The notes: generated from the sequence alone by a model not told the origin. Positions 1 to 13,774 are shown, counted from the first letter of the stretch. The stretch is DNA of 64,000 bases from Squalus acanthias (GCA_030390025.1 CM059440.1:15810001-15874000), one strand, 5' to 3'. Translations and numbers: made by a program.

Positions 1-385
1 TCCTCTCCTCTACTGAAGTAGCTGAATATTGTTGAGCTACAATCCCATGGGTGTCAACAGTTCTTGGGTACTTCACTCAATGGCCATTCTTCATTTTAAG
101 CCTAGACAATGAGTGTTGACAGACTGATTGGGCTAGGAGAGCACCAGTCAGTTTTGATCCTGCCCTCAACTGATATCCGGGCAAGCACGTTTTCCAGCAG
201 AGATCAGTGGATAAAAATCATGAGCTGGAATTGTGGCTGATTTTTCCCACATCCCTAGTCCAGGGACATTGAGACCAATTCTAATGCTCTGGCTGAGATT
301 ATTTAACTAAACATAGACTGGGGATCTAACCTGTCACCTTCTGGTCTATATGGCTCAGTATCACATCATATTGTGCATTAGGGAA
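1..385 (-). mobile_element. Ancient tRNA-derived SINE (window family A, possibly AmnSINE2-like), near full length
   Basis: Reverse complement carries the family blocks GAAGAATGGCCA, CTGCTGGAAA and TACTGAGCCATATAGACCAGAAGG shared with the copies at 13853, 24410, 56510 and 61085. Confidence 0.7.
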
Positions 386-443
386 TCCATTTTATCTTTT
401 ATTGCTATTTTCTGACAAATATAGTGTAAAGAAACACTGGTGT

Positions 444-570
444 CAATGTTCCCCCTAAGGTGCACATCGCGAGGTCCCACTCAGGCCACTCACCAGCTGC
501 TACCGCTGAAGAGATACGCGCAGCAAATTTAAAGGGCCCGCGCAAGGGAAAAAAATTAGAGGGAACATTG
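444..570. mobile_element. hAT-superfamily MITE (127 bp)
   Basis: TIRs CAATGTTCCCCCTAA / TTAGAGGGAACATTG (1 mismatch in 15). Perfect 8-bp TSD ACTGGTGT at 436-443 and 571-578. Confidence 0.92.
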
Positions 571-2569
571 ACTGGTGTAAGTCTATTCTTTATTTGATAG
601 CAAATTACATTTTTTAAGGAAAAATCCATAAAGTTTGTGGAATGAAGCAAAAGTAACTCTATATTGTGTTCCTCCAATAATGGGCACCTAAACATATTTG
701 TGGGTAAAAGAAAATACAGTGATCTTTTACTGGATTGCAGTATATGGCAAATATATTTTAATTTTTATAACTGGCATTTGTATTTGTTTATCCTAATTGT
801 TTTAGTTCATGCACTCCGTCCTTAAATTGGTGTAAATTTGACAATGCAGTTGGTTGACTGGACTCTTTGTGCTAGGAGGGAAAGTTGCAGGTCTGAGCAT
901 CTTGCAGATAGGTTGTTATCCCAAACATTCGGCTGTTGGTTATGGTGTATGCCTGGGGATACCTAAAGACATGGAGAAAATGTGAGGAAATATTTTTGAA
1001 AACCTTTACGAAATGAAGTTTTAATTAAACAATTGGTGCAGATCTTCATTTGCGGTCTTTTAAAGAAACAACCCTGGTGACTTGGGAATGGTGTCCTATA
1101 TTTATTAGAGTTTTGTGTATTGCTGGAGCCAGTAAGGATTCATTTTTTAAGTGCAGCCTTCAGGATAGCAGAATTGATTCTGAAAACTACACAGAGTACA
1201 ATTTAAGTCTGAAAAGTGATAGTTCAGTTGGTGGGGTTGAGATGTGATCCTTGTGTATTTTCACATTTTTGGGGGTTAAATGGGGATTGATTTTATTTTT
1301 TCTCTCTCGTACTACTATTTCTCCACATCCCTTCTCCGCAAAGGAAATACAATAATCATGTTTTGGTACTTCAATATAAACCATTTTCTAAAGAGATTGG
1401 GAAGGATTGTTTGATGTAAACATATTTAGTTTTCTGTAGAATGTGCTGCATAGTGAACTAGCTTTAAAAAAAAAAGTGCAATGTTTCCAGAGTGATCAAA
1501 GTTGTATAACAATTATATTTAGGGTCGTATGTTTGATGTGGTTTAAAAAAAAGTTGCTCTTGGAACTTTGGGATAGATTTAGTGAAGTATTTTCATATAG
1601 CTGATCATTAATATAATGTTTTGAAAAGTATTTGATATACTTTAATGTTCTCTACCTATTTTTATTATTTGTGTAACTTCACAGCATTAGTACTGGTAAA
1701 TGGTAGTGAGTGAATGGACTTCTATACAGTAGTCTTATTGTAGTCTTTTATATTTATTTCCTTGTCCAAGATTAAACCACGTAGTGGAGTGATCACACAG
1801 AAAACATTGTGCATTAGTTACTGCGACCCTGTTTTTATGACTTTGTACTTTCAGCGAGCTGTAGTTAAAGAATGATTTGAATCAGCTACAGAATGGTGTC
1901 TGCCAGGGACAATATTATGAACCCTAGTCAGTAGCCAGTCTGTCTAGCTTGTGGAGGATATTCAATAAGCTTATAAGTCACATGTTAGTTTATGGCGCTA
2001 GTTGGTAAAATTCCCTTAACTGCAGCAGCATGCTGACAGTACGTTCCAGACATTCTGTCAGTATTTTGCTGCTTCAGCCACAGTGGCCTTTGTGTGGTGA
2101 TGTCAGTTTTCATTCCCATGTGTTGCTGGGGGCACTGACATATGACCCCGATGATACTGTTTTCCCCACCCCTAAGGTGCCTGAAACTCCCAGATGGCAG
2201 CGTGAAGTGGCAGGGGTGGGGGGGCGGGGGAGGGCAAAAACCTTAAGGGAAAAAAAGTGCTGGGATCATGTAGGAGCTCCTAAATAAATGTAGCCATGTT
2301 TGTATTTAATTTAATTGCTTCAATTTCAAGAAAAACTTATGGAAATTGAATGCTGTAGGTTGCTGTGCTATATATTTCCATTGTGCTAAAGGCTTTTATA
2401 TATAGTTTTCCCTTATTATAACCCCTTACTGCCACAAAATGAATAGATTTTCTCTTATTTACCTCATTATACCACTGCCCTCTCTGTTTATGATCCATCA
2501 GTACATTGGAAGAAGCAAATGGCATTGCTTCATTGATTTATTTCTCATTACTATGCCACCACAGACACT

Positions 2570-2815
2570 ACGTAGGATCACAAGATAAATATGGATGAGG
2601 ACAGTCAATCGGCTCATCTTAGCTCATGGTCCAGAAAGTATGGTTCTAGGGTTTTCGCCTCTGCTCACACTATTTGTGTGAAGAACTTCCTGATCTTAGT
2701 CCTAAATTTATCTTTACTAGTTTAAACCTGTGTCCCCTTGGCTTGTTCTCATGCTTTCTACCTTTTCCATACCCTTTATTATCTTATGTGCCTGGTTAAA
2801 GTCACTTCTCAGTTA
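2570..2815 (-). mobile_element. Degraded CR1 LINE 3' fragment
   Basis: Antisense CR1-like motifs (cactatttgtgtgaagaacttcct, ttaaacctgtgtcccct, taccttttccatacccttta). Confidence 0.55.
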
Positions 2816-3086
2816 AACTTGTTAAAAATTCTCCAGTTTTAATGTAGTACTCGTGTCTACTTTTAAAACCAAAATGATTGATTCTCAGGGGACTTCATCA
2901 TACCACAAAAACATGGGAACTATACCTGGCAATGTAACAAAAAAGTACTGTAAAATTTGGACTTTATATCATACAAATAGAGTCCATCACAGGGATTTGT
3001 CTTTTTCTTCCTTTTTATAACATGACATTTCTATAACATGAAAAATGTCTACTTAAGCAGTTTCACTCGTAACTTATCAAAGGGAA

Positions 3087-3432
3087 TTTTTTTTTATTCG
3101 TTCATGGGATGCAAGGCCAGCATTTATTGCCCATCCCTAGTTGCCCTTGAGAAGGTGGTGGTGAGCCGCCACCTTGAACCGCTGCAGTCCGTGTGGTGAA
3201 GGTACTCCCACAGTGCTGTTAGGGAGGGAGTTCCAGGATTTTGACCTAGCGACGATGAAGGAATGGCGATATACTTCCAAGTCAGGATGGTGTGTGACTT
3301 GGAGGGGAACTTGGAGGTGGTGGTGTTCCCATGCGCCTGCTGTCCTTGTCCTTCTAGGTGGTAGAGGTCGCGGGTTTGGGAGGTGCTGCCGAAGAAGCCT
3401 TGGCGAGTTGCTGCAGTGCATCTTGTAGATGG
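3087..3432 (-). mobile_element. CR1/L2-group LINE 3' end (ORF2 C-terminus, 3' UTR, A tail)
   Basis: ORF 3137-3421(-) reads ...YRHSFIVARSKSWNSLPNSTV...LQRFKVAAHHHL, the typical WNSLP..FK C-terminus. Tail is shared with the SINE at 51034. Confidence 0.85.
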
Positions 3433-3567
3433 ATATATACTTGAGAAGGAAAAAAATGCAGGGCTATGGGCAAAGAGCAGGGGAGTGGGCTTAATTGGAA
3501 TGCCCTTTGAAAGAGCCAGCACAGGCACGATGGGCCAAATGACCTCCTTCTGTGCTGTATGATTGTA
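3433..3567 (+). mobile_element. CR1 (HER1-like) LINE 3' end
   Basis: gcagggctatggg...gatgggccaaatgacctccttctgtgctgtatgatt: CR1 terminal hairpin and tail. Confidence 0.8.
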
Positions 3568-6500
3568 GCTCTCATTCAAATGACAATGTTAGGGTGCAAA
3601 GTAACATTGTCGTTAAAAGGTGCCCTGAAACTATTATAGTTAATACTTCCCTAGAAGTTCCAGACGTGATTAATTCCAACTTGAGGAGTAAAATAGAATT
3701 GCTTTATCTTGTAATCTTTATATATATTATGGAAACCATGTCTGTAGGTCTTGCTGCCATCAGCTCTACTCAGACCTGTAATTTGTGTTCTCTTAGTTTT
3801 CAAGTGTAATGATCAGAATCTAGATTACTGCAACAGAGTAATGAATGACCAGAAACTTAAAAGGGACAATTCTGCTCAATTCAGAAATTGATTTTAACCT
3901 TTTTACCCCTGTGATTTTTGGGAAATTCTAATGATTTCGCTGGAATTATATTAATGGTACCTTGTTTTGGATAGATTGCTAAACAAAATCTTTTGATATT
4001 GCAGTAAGTTTGTATTACTTCTTAGAATATTCTTTCAAAGTTTCCATTCACATTTTTGGCTATGTTCTTTAAAAGTATTTGGTCAACACACAATTTAAAT
4101 GTGGCCTCTTACTCCATATTGCACGTGTTCAGTATAAAAATTATAGCTAATTTTAAACCTTCCCTTATCTCCTCCCCCCCTCACAAAGTTCCAAAAGTTT
4201 TCTCCTAGCATAGTTGGAAATTAGCATATGAGAAGAACTAAAATATTGAGAGAATTACTGAATTCCCAGGGTATCCCAATCTCCTATTCTTTCTTTGTCT
4301 GACTGTTTGAATATTAAAGAAGTGAAGAGGAGGGTAGCATTTCACATGCAGCTCATGAAAGGTTCCCCATTCAGAGCATTGTATTGAGGCTGTGATGTTG
4401 CCAGGTTTCTGCACGGCTTTCCAGATCAATGTCTTAAGAGACTTCAGTTTAGAGACTGGAGTTAGATTTAACTATTTCCTGATTTGTATAGTGAAATATT
4501 GTTATCAGCAAACAACTTATGTAGTTAGGGAAGCTCTACTTCAGGTAACAGAGAAGCTCAAACCACTATTTCAGATGAACAATTTGCAATAATTAGTTTT
4601 TAATTTATTTGTAATATATAGGTATCATGGCTCATGTTCAACAAACACTTGCACTGTTTATCAGCTTGCTTTGCAGACTAGATTCCAGAAATTCACTACG
4701 TTCATTCTTCAAAAATGTCTGAAATATTTGTGGTCACTTTAGTTTTTGTCCTCTGAAAGTAGTTCATGCTTATTGTGCATTTGTAAGTTCTAGGAGGAAG
4801 GCTGGAATTCAAAATGTAGTGCATTCCAAAGTGTATTTGAGGAAATACTGGCACAGTTTTTGTTTGAGGTATGAGTAAGCTGACAGACCAAAGTTTCTCA
4901 TCATGAAATAGAGACTGAAAGACTATTCAGATTATAGGCTGAATGCGGTGAAACTAACCTATCTTAAAGTACGTTTGTGTAAAATACCAACTCCAGTGCC
5001 ACACAGTGGGGACAGATACAGGTTCTCCTCTTATTCTCAGTTCGTGACCTGAATTGCATTGAGTGGAGGCTGTCATGTCTCCCCCAGCAGAGGAGAGAGT
5101 TATGCTTGGGCAGCCCCTGGCATCTAGTGCTGGCTGACAACAGGAGGCAAAGTCCATTTGTAGAAAGACTCCTGGTGATAGCATCAATCACAAATATATT
5201 AACTTGAACTCTATTAAAAAAGGCTGCCTACTTAGCTCATTTGTAAGTCCATTGCCAGTTGAGTCATTATAGGTGCCCAGTACCATAATATTTTGACCCG
5301 GCTAGGTGACGGCTGGAGAGGGTTAACTGTAGAAAATTGCTTCCATCCCATCCCCCTACACACACATGCACGTACTCATTCACATGTAGGTAGCTGAAGG
5401 GGAGGGGTTGCTTGGGGTTAGACTTTTGATGGTTGGACTGAATAACGACTGTTGTTGCTCTTAATCTAATGAGACACGTTTATATTCAGATATTCAGCAT
5501 CAACTGTGCAGAATTAATAATGTTTTGTGTGTCTAACGGAAAGTATGGTTGAAAAGTCTACTCGAGATGTGGGAAGATTTATGTAATGATCGGTGAGTTG
5601 TTTTATTGGGGGAAACGGTGAATTTTAAAAGATGTTTATGAAGTTTTAATATACTGTTAGAAATTTGAGATGTGGCTACTACTACACGCAACAGTGCATT
5701 ACGCTTTCTCAAACCCAGCCATTAAAACAAAAAAAAGTACCGCGATGTGCATTTGAAACATTCTTTCACCATTTTTAGAATTAGCTCTAGGGAGATCTGT
5801 GGAATATTGAATGTAATCTGTATTTGTTGTGTCCCCATTTTGTGGTATACTGTTTTATTTTATTCAGCCTCCATGTGCCATGGATCATTCCCTGGAGTTG
5901 AGAATTGGTGGGTGACTTGCTCCCTCTGCCAGCCACTCCACTACTAGGTGCACAGAAACAATCCAGGGTGACTAACGCTCTCAATTTGTTTCCCATTTTC
6001 CCTCCCAGTAAGGAACTGCCTGGCCTTTACTCAGAATCTGCCCCAAAGTCATGGTTAAACAAGGTAGTTCAGAGTGTGGGGGATCGTGGAACACTTGTAT
6101 GCTGAACTAATGCAACATTTTTGTGTTGTTTGGATGCTTAAAATGTAACTTATTCCTACTTTATAGAATAGCAACAATTAGTAGGTATATAATTGACTGA
6201 ATAAGGTATACCAATATATCATTAACTGTAATCATTGGAAGTAATAATCAGACATACTCTGTATCAGGTGAGTTTGTTTATGTTTTTTGTATTAGTTGCG
6301 AGGGAGGGTATAAAGTACTATTCAGGCTAGGACTTGGCTCTCATGACCTTTCTTATTAATGGGGTTTACATGATGTATGGGATATGGAAGCAAGGGCACA
6401 AGTAGGAGTTTTTTTAATGTTTGCCTCACTTCAACAAATGAGATTGAATGGAGGAACATTTTGTGAATGGAAAAGGAAAACAAAATACTGTAGTAAGAAA

Positions 6501-9358
6501 GAAAACAAAACTGTTGACAGGTGTAAAGAAATAAATGAGGCACAGACCTTCAAAGGGGTAGTAGACAGATGGGAGAGGAATAAGAATGTCAGTTGGGGGA
6601 GGTCAGAGCACGAGCCGTATCCCAGGAACAGAGGCTGAAACGTAGGCAGAAAACAAAAGCTGACAGGCAGCCTTCAAACTCACTCTAACAAGAGTGTATA
6701 TGCATGGAAGATCAAGCCTATTCATAGCTCTGAAGGGAAATCTCTGGAGGACCACCTGAAGGATTTAGAGAGGAAGTTCTCTGCATTGGATGTCTTATAA
6801 AGCCAGTTTAGACACAAATGGCTAAGTTAGGAGTGAGAACAAAAGGATTACAATATATTGATACACATTTACCTTAGGGATGTGTTTACATTTACCAGAA
6901 ATGGCACTGCAGAAACAAACTCTTTACGCTTCTAAAACAAAAATAAACCTGTTGTTTTTCTGATTCAGCTGTAATGGCTTAGTGATTACTTTGAACAACA
7001 GAATGTTATTTATTTTTGATTATTATTTATTAAAAAGAGCCGTGCAGTAACATTGAAAAGTAGACCGTCGTTGAATACTGATAGCAGGCATAATTGTGTC
7101 GTTTCCAAGTAGAGAAAAGGATGTTGACTTGCTGGAGGATTGAGACCAAAATATTTGAGATTGGGTAAAAAGTCCAATTTGTAGATATTTTTAAAATGTT
7201 GAAAATTGTCAACATGTCTCTACCAAGATACGCATTTAGTTTTTTAAAAAGCTATTGGTTATGGAAAACTAATTTGGGTTTTATTATTTTTTTCCCAGAT
7301 GTCCTCATTTTGCAGTTATTGAGTATTAAATTGAGGTTATGCCAGTTGCATCAAACTATAATAATGGAATCCTAGGTGAAACTGGTTCTTGGTACAGCAT
7401 TACTGTCAGTAGATTGCACAAATTGGCTCAGGAAGTGTCTGTTGATATTTCCTGTCAATCAATAAAAGTTGGCCTAGGAATGTCCTTTCTAAAGGGAACA
7501 CTATGCAGAAAGGGAAGGAGGGTAATTATTGAATAATGTTCTTTTCCAGACTGTATTGTATTTACAAGGCCAGAAAACAAAAAAAAAACCCTTTTTGGCT
7601 CAATTCCAGATGGATTAACTAAAAAGGACATGGTCAGATCAGAACTTCGACTGGTTTATTAAATTGAGGTGAACTTTCAGGCAAATTTTCATTACTCCAA
7701 GAAAACCAGTGATGGACACAACTTACTGAAAGTGTTACCAAATTATTATTAATCTGTTCATTACTGAATTACATTTTTCTGATTTCAAAATGCACATTTT
7801 GTTTTCTATTGTCAATCATACTTCTGAAATGACATTCCAATCATGAATATTCTATAGTAAAATTAAAGAACTGCACAGAACCAGATCACAGTATTCTTGA
7901 AATAAATGTCAGTCTTTTCAATGTAGGGACATAACTGTAGTCCTCAAAATAGGGACACGCTGCAGGCTGTTGTAGGATTAATACAGTATATTCTTCAGGG
8001 TATTGGAACACTATTAGTTAAGTGATTGTGCCCTTCTTAGTTGGCTGCAGGCTGCTGTAATATAAAACTATATGAAAACACCAATGTACATTAGACATAT
8101 TGGCGCTCTTAAAGCTACTGTGTTTTATAGAAGTAAAGTTTTCCTGTCTCATGATGATCATTTCATACAAAACATCAAGACAAATATCCAGTAACATTGC
8201 ATAGAAAACTGAACATGTAGTATTAAGATGTCTTTATAAGGTTCTCTGAAATAATACTTATTGTTTTACTATTCATTCTTTAGTAGAAAATATCCAGGGC
8301 TTGTAGCAACCTATTTTTGTGAGTAGTATGCTTTACACCTTGGAAGAATATCAGGGAACAATTTATTATATGACAAGTATTGAACTTGTATAGATCTGCA
8401 AATGGATTGATGGTGATTTTTTTGGCCAGCAATGCTTAAGCTGAATTTAAATTGCAAAATAAAAAGCATTTATTTATATGTTCACAATTTTTTTGACCCT
8501 GATATTAAATGTGCTTTACACATTTGCTGTGAAAAATGTAATAAATTCTGAATATTCCTGGACAATCTGTACCATTAAGGTAGCTCATACCCTTATTCAT
8601 TTTAAATCTGTAGGGATGTCTTTGAGGCTGATGGAACAAGATATTAAGAGTTTCCATTGTTGGTGTTCTTAAAAATTAATTCTAGCTTTGTTATTGAAGC
8701 TATTACTGGTTTTCTTCTCTAACTGTAGATTCTAAGAGTTTTGTTACCAGTAGATAGGCTACTGATAAACTGAAAAAAATTGCACTGCTTCTGCCAAACC
8801 ATAAAGACCATTTCATCTTGTAGACTTTTATTACAGCTTAAAAAAAACTGCAATAAAAGTAAACAGACATGGAGGGATTTTAAAAAACTTCAAACAAAAT
8901 TAAAGATTTTGCTGCAGTACCCTGATGAAAACTATCTTCAAATTTAAAGAAGATGATGAAATATGTGTATTTGTTGTGACAAATACAGCGTTCAGTTTTT
9001 AAAGTTTTTTCAATAGAATTCAGTGATCTGGTTGGATAAAGCAGGAGGAGAGGTTGATCAATGTCCTTCCCCTTCAGTGCAAAGGGCATGGCGTCTGTTT
9101 GCATTATTTATCACACTGAAATGTACACATCTTTGGCGTCTACTCTTCCGCCCGTCTCCCCAGTCACGCAGTCTGTGCTGTCTGACATTGGTCTAATCAA
9201 ACTATGGTGATGAGGCTAGACACATGCGATATGATGCTGTAGTTATATTAAGATTTGTTGCAGTAATCTAGTCTCAGTCTATTGAACAAATACAGACAGT
9301 ATAAGTTTGTTACTTACACTACATTGTGAAGCTGTTATTTTTATTAAATAGACACATC

Positions 9359-9498
9359 GGCCTAGAAATTCGTCTCGGGCGGATTGGCTGCCCGTTATAC
9401 GCAGTGCCTAATATTCAGTTCCATTGACTGCAATCAGAACAGGCGGCCGATCTGGTACTGCCCGTTTTGCGCTGCCACCTGAGATGAATTTCTAGGCC
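9359..9498. mobile_element. Short foldback MITE (Harbinger-like)
   Basis: Termini GGCCTAGAAATTCGTCTC / GAGATGAATTTCTAGGCC. Central ttccattgactgcaat motif; related to 36559. Confidence 0.75.
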
Positions 9499-9540
9499 AG
9501 ACACTTTAATAAAAAATGATTGCTTAGTAGTTAAACACGC

Positions 9541-10128
9541 TGGTGAGAATTTTAACTCTCGGACAGGAAAGCGGCCTAGTGAACAGCCAGCCCATCTGGG
9601 AGCGGTAGTGGGAGGCCAAGTCGATTTTAACGGCCAGTTCTCATGAACATGCCACTGACTGAGTAGGCTGGGAAGTTGGCAGGAATCAGGAGGCCCGGAG
9701 GCTGCCAACCAGGCCCTAGGTAAATGTGGAGATGGGGATTCAGGGGCGATCAGCAATTCGGTAGGGGTTGGGAATCTAGGCAGGGGAGGCCTGTGCTTCC
9801 CTTATGGGGCTCGGAGGAGCACTCCTGCTCCTTTTAGCCACACAGGGAAAGTTTTAACTTACCTTAAAGGGCATGTTCGGTAGTCTGATCAGGTTCCTGC
9901 CGTTTGGGCGGCTGTGCGGGCTTCCTGGTTAAGATGATGTCATGGGAACTCAATTTGCATAAATGTATGAGGCTCCTGACTCAGATGAGCAGCTCATGCC
10001 CCAGAAAATCAGACATTTTAAAACTGCAATGATTCGGGGACGGAACGGGATAATTCATCCGCTCCATTTTAGTTATCCCCCGCCAGGTTACTGCTGGGTG
10101 GTGGGGAGGGGGGCGGTTAAAATTCCAC
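9541..10128. mobile_element. Degraded non-autonomous DNA transposon (Harbinger-like)
   Basis: GC-rich island with GAATTTTAAC / GTTAAAATTC ends. ggagcactcctgctcc and atttgcata motifs are shared with 13200 and 56730. Confidence 0.55.
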
Positions 10129-10134
10129 AAACAT

Positions 10135-10225
10135 TAGCCTTTAGACTCTAACTTGAAGAATGGTCACTTGGGTACCTGAGCATGAGCCACTCAGGGATGG
10201 GGTGAGCAGAGAAAAATGGAGGAAG
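10135..10225 (+). mobile_element. Family A SINE 3' fragment
   Basis: gaagaatggtcacttgggtacc...agagaaaaatgg. Confidence 0.5.
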
Positions 10226-11233
10226 AGAATATTTGGAACGTAAATTTTGTGGATTCTATGTGGAATGGAGATGTTTGTGGCACAAATAGATTCAGGGTTG
10301 CAGTGAGCAGGTGATCAGACAGGGGCAGGGTGGGCAATTCAGCTACCAGTCCATTGCCAGGTTATACTTGCATTTGCGTAAGTTAGTGTTGACATGAAAC
10401 TAGTAATTGTTTTTTGGTCATCTATATTATGAATTTCCAGTCACCTTGTAGTCATTTTCTGAGTTGATGCAGCTCATGTAAGTTTCTTGTTCTGTTCCCC
10501 CACCCCATACTTTTTGTCACAAAAATAATGACAATTCAGAGGAGCTATGATCCATGTGTTTTTGATTAGGTTCATCTTTCAAAAATGTTGTATAAAATTC
10601 TGCAAAAAGTTTTTATTGTTTTAGCAAACAAAGTTTAATTAAAATTGGAATTTTGTATATTAATTTAACACAATTTGTGTCTGTATTGCAATTTTTATTT
10701 TCAGCCTTTCTCACTGCATAATGTTAAATAGTAACAAAATACAGATATTCACCTTTGTATACTGTTAATAGAATCCAATGTAATGAAATATGAAATACTG
10801 TTTATGTCTGTTTCAGAGTTATTATTATACATGTTACATCTTATTTATCTAAGGAAGATTCATACTTCAAAAATACACTTAATTTACAAATTACGTCACT
10901 CTTTGAAAGCTCCTAACACTTTAATTAGCAAGAGCTAACACAGCAGATTGATGCAACAGCACTCTGTAAGCAGAATACATAGATGAGGTCAGTGTTGTAT
11001 TAAAATAAATTGAATATATTGGAAAAAATTGATTAGAAGTATGATTTCGGTAACTGATCTACTTTAACTGTGAACTTTAAATTGACACAGTGGAATTGTA
11101 GACTTAACTGAATTAGGACTGTACATTAAATATTATACTTGCTTTATCGGCGTCCAGTATGAGGAGTCCTTTAAGAGGAGTTATTGCTAGAAATTGCTTG
11201 ATTTTCACTGTTTGTTCTCTGGGTTTTTACCAG

Positions 11234-11655
11234 ATCTTGCAAAGCTCATAGTAAATATAGAAGGAGCCAGTAAAGAAAAAAGTTGGTCATGACTGTCGAC
11301 CTAAGCAAAGAAAGGGGAGGAGCAAATTATGAAAGCTCTCGATGACAAAGGGTACCCTTGTCCTGTTTTGAAACTGCTTTCAAGACGTGCGGTGATGTCT
11401 AATTGGTGAAGCCCAGCTCAGCAATGAGGCCTCTGTCTGCTCAGGGTAAAAGCAACACTGTTGACAGCACAACACCTGGCCGTACTCCAGAATCAGTTCT
11501 GGCCTTGGAAATGGGAGCACATTTTATCACTTGGTTTTCTGCTGCATCGTAGGTATTTGAGCCTTGCGAATGGCTTGTGATTATTCCTCAATGCCAAGTG
11601 GCTCCTAGAGTTCAAGCGTAGAACAGAATGTACAAAGCAACAATCAATATACTCG
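11234..11655 (+). other. Candidate exon (5' UTR-like, several short ORFs, possible start MYKATINIL)
   Basis: Acceptor ttttgttctctgggtttttaccag at 11233. Non-repeat, balanced composition. Donor TCG|gtaatc at 11655; alternative TAG|gtattt near 11552. ATG at 11628 has A at -3. Confidence 0.35.
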
Positions 11656-13199
11656 GTAATCACCCAATACTGGGGGAAGGGGTGGTGGTGTTTTTGTAGG
11701 TTATAGTGAACTTTGTAACATGACCCTGCTGTTTATCAGTAATGTGCTTGTAAACATTCCACAAATATGGCAGGAAAATACAAAAAGAATTGTTTTTTTT
11801 ACACTGGCTAGAAAGTGAAGTGAAAAGTAGTATTAGAAATCCATATTCTAGTATTCTGTGAGGATTGGGGAGAAGTAAAAAATATTTATTTTTTTGTTGT
11901 TGGCTATATGATATTTGCACCATATTTCTTTGTTTTTTCTCTTTTTTTTATAGGTTTATGTGTATTTTGGCCAGGACTGTCGCTTTTCATTTAAAATCCA
12001 CATGTATAAATCACCTTGGTTTTGGCTGTTTAAGTGTAAAATAGAAAGTAGTGGAAATTCTGCAGAGGGCTTGACTAAAAACCACCATTTCAAAAAAAAA
12101 TACAGTTTTCAAAATGGTGGAGTGAATAAAGCCTAATATTGTGATTAAAAATACAATTAGCTTTATTCACAGGCATCATTTGGAACATTAATAAATAGTG
12201 GCTTTCAATAATGTCTGTTTTGTATTGAAATATTCTGTATAGAGTAGCAATGGTTACTGAATAGCTGGTTAACATGTTTCTGTTTTTTTTGTTTTTATAA
12301 TATTTGTTTTCTGTTGTTTAAAATTTATATTAGCAATGGATGCCAGAAAGAATATCCAGTGCATCTTCTTAAAAACGTTTTTGGATTTTGTTTGATTTTA
12401 TTGCTTCCCCTGAAAGGAGCTTTCCCTCACTTTTTTTTAAAATACTACACTGACCAGATAACTACAGATGTGGAAGTGGAAAAAAAAAAGACAGTCCTAA
12501 GATCCTAGAATTCCCTAAACCTCCTGGTAGCCTAAGGCTTAAGCTCTTGAAAAGAAATTCTTTAAAACTAAAAATTGTATAGTATTTTGAAATTACAATT
12601 TGTGAAATTAAGTCTGTTACTCTTCTAGAAAATTGTTTTTACAATCCACATCTTAATATTAATCTCTTGATCATAAACTTTATATACTAAGTCTGAATGA
12701 TCAGCCTATACAGGTACAGTATTGTGTGTCTTTACACTGCACACCATGTGCAGGAAATCATGGGTGATGGCAAACCAATCAGGCTTCTATCCCATGGGAG
12801 CCAAGAGGTCAACTGTCCATTAGCTTTCAGTGGAGATTAGAGGTCTTCAGAGATCAAAGATATGGGTCAGGGTTGGATAGCAAGTCTTTAATTAAATTAC
12901 TTTGCAGTGCCAAAAGCAAAACTCCTAAAAGGACTTCATGAATTATGTTGTTCCATCTGTGAATTTTGATAGTACTTCCTTCAAGGTCTTAATAACAAAA
13001 TCTAGAGGACAATATTAGGTTGGGACTTCCCTGTGAAGTGCCCCTACCTATTACCTGTTGTTTTAAGGGCTGGTTCTGTGTTCTGTGTAAACAGTCTTAC
13101 TATGATTTAAAAAAAAAATGCTATACAGAATCATTTGCTCTTGAATTTTTAAAAGCTGTACAGATACAAAGAGGCCAAAGTCAGTGTTAACAGTCTCAA

Positions 13200-13650
13200 C
13201 GTATAGTCGATAGATTTACTGCCCTGTTGACACCAACGCTCTGGCTGCCGCCATTTTTACAGAGACCTACCGTTGAGTGGCTGCCTGATTCAGGTGGTAG
13301 ATCCCTTTTAATATGTACCTGAGTTCTATGACTTGCTAGTTTAGGACAGAACAGGTCAGTGTGTGCTTTACCAATTTTACTGCCAGTACAGCCGAAAAGG
13401 CCTCAAAAAGGTAAGTTTTAAATTATTTTTGTTGTGGCCAAGAGGAGGAGGAGTGTTCCTCTTGGCCCCACAAAAATAATCTGGGCCACCGCCATCCCGT
13501 CGCAATCACAACCCCTTTCCAAAACCCATCTTGCTGCCGACTGGGTAGCCTCCTGGACGCCTGCTATTACACCGGCCCAATTCAGCGTGCTTCATTGGGG
13601 CGCCCACAGCACTCCACCAGTTGTGCTGTCCAAAAGTTAAACTGTCCCCC
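13200..13650. mobile_element. Degraded Harbinger-like non-autonomous element
   Basis: cgccattttt, aggtaagt and ggaggagtgttcctcttggccccacaaaa blocks; related in antisense to 9541-10128. Confidence 0.5.
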
Positions 13651-13774
13651 AAAGTGTGTTGTACTTATGGCGTAATTCGTCACTAAGAAAATAGATGTGG
13701 ATTTTGTTAAGTCAGGTTTTCTTTTGCATGAGGTTGTTGGGGGAGGGGGTGGATGGGAGGTCATGGTGTGCATA

